DNA of 32,000 nucleotides from Candidatus Nitrospira inopinata. GTDB taxonomy: Bacteria; Nitrospirota; Nitrospiria; Nitrospirales; Nitrospiraceae. The stretch spans positions 1,470,001 to 1,502,000 of the forward strand of contig NZ_LN885086.1 of assembly GCF_001458695.1 (NCBI RefSeq), given 5' to 3'. Positions 26,453 through 32,000 of this stretch are shown here, in pieces. Position numbers and translations under genes: made by a program. Position 1 is the stretch's first letter, and each line of letters begins with the position of its first letter. A model generated the notes under the pieces. It did not search any database. It had not been told where the DNA came from and saw only the letters and a program-made list of their open reading frames with translations.

Positions 26453-26481
26453 ATTCTAGAGAAGCCGGCGTCTTTTGTCCA
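26453..26481 (-). promoter_or_regulatory. Candidate sigma-70 promoter for metK (TGGACA-17-TAGAAT)
   Basis: On the minus strand the -35 is TGGACA (26481..26476), followed by a 17-nt spacer and the -10 TAGAAT (26458..26453). Each hexamer matches consensus at 5/6 positions. This would give a leader of about 90 nt. Confidence 0.4.
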
Positions 26482-26526
26482 TTCTTTCTGTGGGCTGAGC
26501 CTGTGAGGAGGCACGTCGTGCGTTCC

Positions 26527-26556
26527 TTGACAGGTTTTGAAGGCCGTTTGTAAGAT
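26527..26556 (+). promoter_or_regulatory. Candidate sigma-70 promoter for the tlpA-like/ccdA pair (TTGACA-18-TAAGAT)
   Basis: Perfect -35 TTGACA (26527..26532), an 18-nt spacer, and TAAGAT (26551..26556; 4/6 match to TATAAT). It lies about 30-50 nt upstream of the candidate start codons. Confidence 0.35.
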
Positions 26557-26587
26557 GACCCGATTTTCGATCGAGTTGGGATGATCA

Positions 26588-27166
26588 GTGTCTCGGAGGA
26601 GAGGATCGGTGCGATGGTTCCCACCTATCAGGCTGCTGGCCGGAGTGATGGTTGCCGTGTCGATGCAGTGGGCCTCGGCGCTCGATGCGACGGCGATGTC
26701 TTCGCTGGGGGCGCAGGACGGCGAGCGGAATGTCGTGCGGGTCGGAGACCTGGCGCCGGATTTTTACCTGCGGGATCTTCATGGCGAGACCGTGCGTCTC
26801 TCCCAATTTCGAGGAAAGGTTGTCCTACTGAATTTCTGGGCGACGTGGTGCGGACCCTGCCTGATCGAAATGCCGGCTCTGGAACAACTGTATCAGAGGT
26901 TCGCCCGCAAGGACTTTGAAATCCTCGCCATCTCCACGGATCCTCAAGGCGCGGCGGTGACCCGTCCCTTTCAGCGGGAAAGGGGGTTGACCTTCCCGAT
27001 TTTGCACGATCCCGATATGCACGTCGGGCTGACCTACGGGGTGCGGACGCTTCCCCTGAGCTTCATGGTCGATCGCCGGGGGGTGATTCGCAAGAAAATT
27101 TTCGGCGCCCGCGACTGGGATTCGCCCGAAGCCCATGACTTGATTCGGATACTGATGAAGTCGTAA
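26588..27166 (+). CDS. TlpA/ResA-like thiol:disulfide oxidoreductase (thioredoxin fold, exported)
   Basis: The sequence VVLLNFWATWCGPCLIEMP contains the CxxC motif. The signal-peptide-like N-terminus is ...IRLLAGVMVAVSMQWASA. The start is either the GTG at 26588 or the GTG at 26609; the latter follows GGAGGAGAGGA. Confidence 0.85.
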   Translation: MSRRRGSVRWFPPIRLLAGVMVAVSMQWASALDATAMSSLGAQDGERNVVRVGDLAPDFYLRDLHGETVRLSQFRGKVVLLNFWATWCGPCLIEMPALEQLYQRFARKDFEILAISTDPQGAAVTRPFQRERGLTFPILHDPDMHVGLTYGVRTLPLSFMVDRRGVIRKKIFGARDWDSPEAHDLIRILMKS

Positions 27167-27168
27167 GC

Positions 27169-27915
27169 ATGACGCAAGCTCTCCCCCAGATTTCCTTTCT
27201 GGCCGCGTTCTCCGCCGGGCTGTTGTCGTTTGTGTCTCCTTGCGTGCTTCCCTTGGTCCCGTCCTATATCTCGTACATCACGGGGTTGTCGGTCGAACAA
27301 CTGGTGGACGTGTCGGCTCGAGAGAAATTCAAGAAGTCGATCGTGCTGAATTCGTTGTCGTTCATCGCCGGGTTCTCGGCGGTCTTCATTGCGTTCGGCG
27401 CGTCGGCTAGCTTTTTAGGGCAGGTTCTCATCGCCTATCAGGACTACATCCGCCGGATCGGCGGGGTTCTGATCGTGATCTTCGGGCTCTATCTGCTCGG
27501 CGTTCTCAATCTGAGTTTTTTAAAAACGGAGCACCGCTATCAGTTTCGCAATCGTCCGGCCGGCTATGCGGGATCGTTTTTGGTGGGTGTGGCCTTTGCG
27601 GCTGGGTGGACTCCTTGCGTAGGGCCGGTTTTAGGCTCGATTCTTCTGTACGCGAGCACCAGCGATTCACTTGTGAGCGGGGTCGTGCTCTTGACCTGCT
27701 ATTCTCTGGGGCTCGGTCTGCCGCTGTTTCTCACCGCCTTGGGCGTCGATCGATTTTTAGCCTATTTCAAGGAGCTGCGGGCCTACCTGTGGGGCGTCTC
27801 GACGGTGAGCGGCATCCTGCTGATCGTCGTCGGTGTCCTGATTTACGCCAATTCCCTCACCATGGTGACAAGTTTTCTCGAACGATACGGAATCGGCTGG
27901 TACGTCGGCCAGTAA
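27169..27915 (+). CDS. ccdA: Cytochrome c biogenesis thiol-reductant transporter CcdA (DsbD-family membrane protein)
   Basis: 248-aa polytopic protein carrying the two conserved Cys motifs, SPCVLP and TPCVGP. It starts 2 nt after the TlpA-like stop. Confidence 0.9.
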   Translation: MTQALPQISFLAAFSAGLLSFVSPCVLPLVPSYISYITGLSVEQLVDVSAREKFKKSIVLNSLSFIAGFSAVFIAFGASASFLGQVLIAYQDYIRRIGGVLIVIFGLYLLGVLNLSFLKTEHRYQFRNRPAGYAGSFLVGVAFAAGWTPCVGPVLGSILLYASTSDSLVSGVVLLTCYSLGLGLPLFLTALGVDRFLAYFKELRAYLWGVSTVSGILLIVVGVLIYANSLTMVTSFLERYGIGWYVGQ

Positions 27916-28075
27916 GGAATGCCGTACTCTTTCCCCGTGCATTCCCAGCCACTTGGTGTATCACCGCTTCGTCAAGCTTGCTGGAGGTTGCGATGCCTCC
28001 GATGGGAATGTATGTGCCAGGCGCCATCGCGGTGCACGTCGAGCTTGAGAAGTGGAGGAACTGGAACGTGAGAAG

Positions 28076-29008
28076 TCAGCACCAGGCTCCGAGACGGCAG
28101 GTCGTAAAGGTCTGATTGAGCGCGTTGGAGGATCGGCCGCCGAACGACGGTAGTCGCGAAGCGGACAGCATGTCCGGAATGGAGGAGAGGCTGGCCGTGG
28201 CGTTGCCGGCATTCTCTTCAGGATCGGAAGTTCCGGCATAGGGTGGAACGGCGGGCGTGTCTTTGAGTTTTGCCAACAGACTCTTCCCTTGGTTTGCCGC
28301 CGCGCTGTCCGGGTATTTTTCAGCCAAAAGACGAAGGCGTTCCCGCGCCCAATCGTCGGCTCCCATTTCATGGTAACTGCTGGCAAGCAAGTACAGGGCA
28401 TCGGGAGCGACGGGCCTATCCGGGTAGAACTTGATGATCTGTTCAAAGCGATGCGCGGCGGCCAAATAGGAACCCCGCCGGTAGTAAAACCGGCCTACGA
28501 ATAAGTGCATCTCCCCCAGCCAGTTGTGACACTCATCGAGTTTTTCCAGAGAGAGCGCGTCGTAGCGGCTCCCTGGATACTCTTTTCGAACGTGCTCGAA
28601 CGCCACGATCGCCTTCTGCATCGGTTCCGGGTCCCGATCGATCGTTTTGGCCATCTTCATGTAGACCTCTCCGACTCGAAAGGCGGCGTATGGAGCGAGA
28701 ACGTGTGTCCTATAAAATTCGAGGAAACGATTGTACTCGGTCAACGCTTCGGCGTACTCCTCCTTTTCGAAGAAGGCTTCCCCGCGTTTCATGATGACGT
28801 TGGGGTGATAGTACCGCTCCGTGCTGTCTTCGATGAAAATCTGTTCGTCGGTGCCGGAGATCGGATTTTTGATGAGGTCTCGTATGTCCTTGGGACCGTT
28901 GGCGCAGGCCGTAAGCAAGGTCAACCCGGTTATCAATAAACCCATCCTCGTGAGAAGATGAGCCCCTGCCTGTAGCGGCAGGCACGGAGTTCCGGATGGG
29001 CGATCCAT
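28076..29008 (-). CDS. TPR-repeat outer-membrane lipoprotein, BamD-like
   Basis: The lipobox is LLTAC. TPR-like repeats include GEAFFEKEEYAEALTEYNRFLEFY, ...RFYYRRGSYLAAAHRFEQIIKFYPD and ...ALYLLASSYHEMG. The start is uncertain: neither the ATG at 29008 nor the one at 28945 has a good SD. Confidence 0.55.
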   Translation of the reverse strand: MDRPSGTPCLPLQAGAHLLTRMGLLITGLTLLTACANGPKDIRDLIKNPISGTDEQIFIEDSTERYYHPNVIMKRGEAFFEKEEYAEALTEYNRFLEFYRTHVLAPYAAFRVGEVYMKMAKTIDRDPEPMQKAIVAFEHVRKEYPGSRYDALSLEKLDECHNWLGEMHLFVGRFYYRRGSYLAAAHRFEQIIKFYPDRPVAPDALYLLASSYHEMGADDWARERLRLLAEKYPDSAAANQGKSLLAKLKDTPAVPPYAGTSDPEENAGNATASLSSIPDMLSASRLPSFGGRSSNALNQTFTTCRLGAWC

Positions 29009-29215
29009 GGGGGTTGTTCATAGCAAGGAACGGCATCGAAATGCAACCATCGAAGTACGCCATGGATCGGAAACATTACGCCGGCAAGACGCGGGACGGT
29101 TGACGGGGGAGGTTGCGGGAGGAGGTTGGTTGATTGACCGGTCTTCCGTTGCTCCCTATAATCCCTTCCTCTTTGAAGCCAGGCCGTTGCCTTTCGGAAC
29201 CAACCGGTAGGATCG

Positions 29216-30208
29216 ATGATTCGAACGAGGCTTGTTGGAACGGGGAGTTATCTGCCCGACCGTGTCGTGAGCAACGAGGAGATCGCTCCCTTGTTGAGGG
29301 TCGATCCGGCACACATCCATCGGGTGACCGGCATCCGGGAGCGTCGGTGGGCGGCCCCTCACGAAGCGTCTTCCGACATGGCGATCGAAGCGGGGCGTCG
29401 CGCGCTCGCCGCCGCCGGATGCGAGGCGTCTGACCTGGAGGCGATCATTCTTTCGACGACGTCGCCGGACATGGTGTTTCCTTCGACCGCCTGCATGGTT
29501 CAGCGGGGGCTTGGATGTAAACGAATCGGAGCGTTTGACGTGTCCGCTTCATGCTCCGGTTTTCTCTATGGGCTCTCGATGGGACGGGCGTTGATTCAGA
29601 GCGGTCAGGTGAGGACCTGTCTTGTGGCGGCGTCGGAGGTCAAATCTCGGTACGTCGATCCGAACGATCGAGCCACCGCCATGGTGTTCGGCGACGGGGC
29701 GGGGGCCGTCGTGTTGCGCGGCGAGGAGGGCCGAAATCCCGAAGAAAGTGGAATTTTGGGGATCAGGATCCATGCGGACGGATCGCGGCATGACATGATT
29801 CGCGTTGCGGCGGGCGGATCAAGGACTCCGATTTCATCGGACGAGTTGGAGAGGCGGGCGCATACGATTCGCATGAACGGGGCCGCGCTCTATCGGGTCG
29901 CCGTTCGCCGGCTCGAACAGGCCGTGCGGGAGATCTTAAAAGAAAACGGAGTCGATCGAGGCGATCTCAAGCAGGTGGTGCTCCATCAGGCAAACGGCCG
30001 TATCTTGAGTCACGTGGCGGATCGACTGGAGATCGCCCCTGATCGGTTGTCATCGGTCATCGAGCGGTACGGCAACACCTCGTCCGCGTCGCTGCCCATC
30101 GCGTTGGATGACGCGGTGCGCGGCGGACGAATCGCCGGCGGGGATGTGGTGTTGTTGGGCAGCTTTGGTGGAGGCCTGACGTGGGCGACCGGACTGATAC
30201 GGTGGTGA
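29216..30208 (+). CDS. fabH: Beta-ketoacyl-ACP synthase III
   Basis: 330-aa ORF. The catalytic triad context is SASCSGF (Cys), VLHQANGRI (His) and YGNTSSASLP (Asn). The N-terminus is typical (GTGSYLPDRVVSNEE). Confidence 0.9.
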   Translation: MIRTRLVGTGSYLPDRVVSNEEIAPLLRVDPAHIHRVTGIRERRWAAPHEASSDMAIEAGRRALAAAGCEASDLEAIILSTTSPDMVFPSTACMVQRGLGCKRIGAFDVSASCSGFLYGLSMGRALIQSGQVRTCLVAASEVKSRYVDPNDRATAMVFGDGAGAVVLRGEEGRNPEESGILGIRIHADGSRHDMIRVAAGGSRTPISSDELERRAHTIRMNGAALYRVAVRRLEQAVREILKENGVDRGDLKQVVLHQANGRILSHVADRLEIAPDRLSSVIERYGNTSSASLPIALDDAVRGGRIAGGDVVLLGSFGGGLTWATGLIRW

Positions 30209-30214
30209 AGACGA

Positions 30215-30242
30215 CGCGGCTTCACGGCCGCGCAGGCCTTTT
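30215..30242 (+). terminator. Possible terminator after fabH
   Basis: The hairpin is CGCGGC-ttcacg-GCCGCG, followed 6 nt later by TTTT. It lies in the 50-bp convergent gap. The stem is short and the geometry imperfect. Confidence 0.3.
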
Positions 30243-30258
30243 GGCGGGAGCGGCGCCG

Positions 30259-32000
30259 CTACCGGGCCGGACCATGGTGACCGCTGTGAATCGGCAGGCG
30301 AACCATGAACCGGCTGCCTTTGGGCTCATTGGCTTCGACCCAGACTTCTCCGCCGTGTCCTTCGACGATATGCTTCACAATGGCGAGGCCGAGGCCGGTT
30401 CCGCCCAACTCGCGGGATCTGGCTTTATCGACGCGATAAAAACGTTCGAAGACGCGCGGTCGATCCGTTTCCGGAATGCCGATCCCCGTATCCGAGACGC
30501 TCAATTCGAGAGCTTCCCCCGCCGGGCGGTCGCCCGTCCGCGGTTTTGACGCCCGTCTCGCCGCCACGGTGATGGTGCCGCCCAGCGGCGTGTATTTCAC
30601 GGCGTTGTCCAGCAAGTTGGTCATCACTTGAACCAACCGGTCTTCGTCGCCGGCAATGGAAGGCACGGCGTCTTCAAGAAAGGTGACGAGCCGGTGTCCT
30701 TTTTTTTCGGCCAGCGGTTTGATCGTCGAGAGCGCGCGGTCGATGACCGCGCGAAGATCGATCGGATCCTGGCGAAACGAGACGCGGCCCGATTCGATAT
30801 GCGAAAGTTCGAGCAGGTCTCCGATAATAAGGTTCAATCGATCGCTTTGCTTGAGGATGATATCGAGAAAATTTGCCGCCATCTTCGGGTCGTCCTTGGC
30901 GCCGTCCAGCAGCGCTTCCACGTACCCCTTGATCGAGGTGAGCGGCGTGCGCAATTCGTGGGAGACGTTGGCCACGAAGTCCTTGCGGATGGTTTCCAGG
31001 CGGCGAAGCTCCGTAATATCGTGACAAACCAGCACCACGCACGCCTCGTTGTCCCGTTCCCCTCCCGCGAATGAAGCTTCGATCTGCAAACATCGCCCCG
31101 TCAGCGGGAGGATCAGTTCGGCCTCGCGATGGCTTCGAGATCGAAGCGTCGCCTCCACCAGCTCGCTCAACTGCCGGTTGCGGAACAATTCCGCAAACGG
31201 ACGCCCCCGCGCCTCGGCGCGGGAGATGCCGAAGATGCGCTCCAATGCGGGGTTCATTTGCAAGACATAGCCCCGTCGATCCAAGACCATCACGCCCTCG
31301 ATCATGGACGTCAGCACGGCCAACAGTTGCGCCCGGTCTTCGGACAGTTCGGCGAGCTTGGTCTGCATGCGGTCGGCGACTTGGTGGAGAGCGTCGGCGA
31401 GACCATCGACTTCATCGTGTGCGGCGCGCTTGGAAGAGACGGTGAAATCTTCCGATTCCAGACGTCTGACAGCCCGTGCTACGGCCGAAAGCGGTTGTGT
31501 CAGGCTGTGGACAAGCCACACAGTGAACGCCGCGACCGCCAAGAAGACGAGCCCCAGCGCGATGACGATGGTTCGTTTGGCGCGTTCGATGTCTCGGTCC
31601 ATCTGAGTCGTCGCAAGCCCTACGCGCACAATGATCGGACCATGAGGAGCGCCGGACGCCGTTGTCACGGCTCGATAAAGGGTGCGCTCACCGGTTATCT
31701 CGTCGACCCTGATATCCTGGCCCCGTCCCGTGGAGAGGGTCTGTCGGACTTCCGGCTTGTTTGCTTGATTTTCAGGAAAGGGTGGGGCGTCGCCCTGGAT
31801 GGCGCTGTCGGCGATGACGGTGCCGTCCGAGGCGATGAGCGTAACGCGGGCGGCGGCATGGGCGCCAAGCTCGCGAGCGGTGGTTTGGAGATGCGAGGGC
31901 GAAGCAAGGTGATCCGGCGATGCAAACAGAAAGGACAAGTTGTACTCGACGAGCGTGACCGTGGTTTCCAAGACGCTGTTTTGCCGGAGCAGGTGCTGCC
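30259..32000 (-). CDS. Sensor histidine kinase, PhoR-like (HAMP, PAS, HisKA, HATPase); N-terminus outside the window
   Basis: The H-box is DFVANVSHELRTPLTSIKGYVEAL and the G-boxes are DTGIGIP and GTGLGLAIV. A TM helix (IVIALGLVFLAVAAFTVWLV) precedes the HAMP domain. The track start at 31971 is a TTG, and my reading shows the frame stays open to position 32000, so the gene is 5'-truncated here. Confidence 0.85.
   Translation of the reverse strand, partial: QHLLRQNSVLETTVTLVEYNLSFLFASPDHLASPSHLQTTARELGAHAAARVTLIASDGTVIADSAIQGDAPPFPENQANKPEVRQTLSTGRGQDIRVDEITGERTLYRAVTTASGAPHGPIIVRVGLATTQMDRDIERAKRTIVIALGLVFLAVAAFTVWLVHSLTQPLSAVARAVRRLESEDFTVSSKRAAHDEVDGLADALHQVADRMQTKLAELSEDRAQLLAVLTSMIEGVMVLDRRGYVLQMNPALERIFGISRAEARGRPFAELFRNRQLSELVEATLRSRSHREAELILPLTGRCLQIEASFAGGERDNEACVVLVCHDITELRRLETIRKDFVANVSHELRTPLTSIKGYVEALLDGAKDDPKMAANFLDIILKQSDRLNLIIGDLLELSHIESGRVSFRQDPIDLRAVIDRALSTIKPLAEKKGHRLVTFLEDAVPSIAGDEDRLVQVMTNLLDNAVKYTPLGGTITVAARRASKPRTGDRPAGEALELSVSDTGIGIPETDRPRVFERFYRVDKARSRELGGTGLGLAIVKHIVEGHGGEVWVEANEPKGSRFMVRLPIHSGHHGPAR

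Overview
This is a high-GC bacterial chromosomal segment. My spot counts give about 60-67% GC in most coding regions, and two patches near 47-50%. I found about 35 protein-coding genes and no rRNA, tRNA, CRISPR array or recognisable IS/transposase. All family calls come from reading motifs in the supplied translations by eye; I ran no database search. Gene content vaguely resembles a Nitrospirota-like organism, but I did not verify that.

Left third, minus strand: an ECF42-type sigma factor with a long C-terminal TPR-like extension sits among two YciI/DGPF genes, two VOC/glyoxalase-type genes, a five-Asp-box BNR beta-propeller, a MoaD/ThiS-like protein ending in GG, a lipoprotein and a SAM methyltransferase. 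The same 32-nt ECF-style promoter element (CCTGTCGATTTTCG-N10-CGACTATC) occurs twice, once before each YciI/VOC transcription unit. I consider this the best lead in the window.

Middle:
- a PilZ-like gene behind a 490-bp AT-richer spacer
- an OmpA-family lipoprotein
- a sodium:solute symporter
- a receiver-only response regulator
- a class A PBP followed directly by a bactofilin and an AI-2E transporter
- a tightly overlapped signalling operon: receiver-only RR, a soluble histidine kinase with a Rossmann-type N-terminus, a membrane Cache/HAMP/PAS kinase, and a secreted DUF3365 protein with a CxxCH heme-c motif

Right third:
- BolA plus a monothiol glutaredoxin with CGFT instead of CGFS
- a cyclase/kynurenine-formamidase-family protein carrying an export signal
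- a clear eukaryote-like indoleamine 2,3-dioxygenase homologue
- a lower-GC secreted hypothetical protein
- metK-ahcY, TlpA/ResA-like plus CcdA, a BamD-like lipoprotein, and a stand-alone FabH
- a PhoR-like kinase truncated by the window edge

I saw no obvious defence or mobile system.
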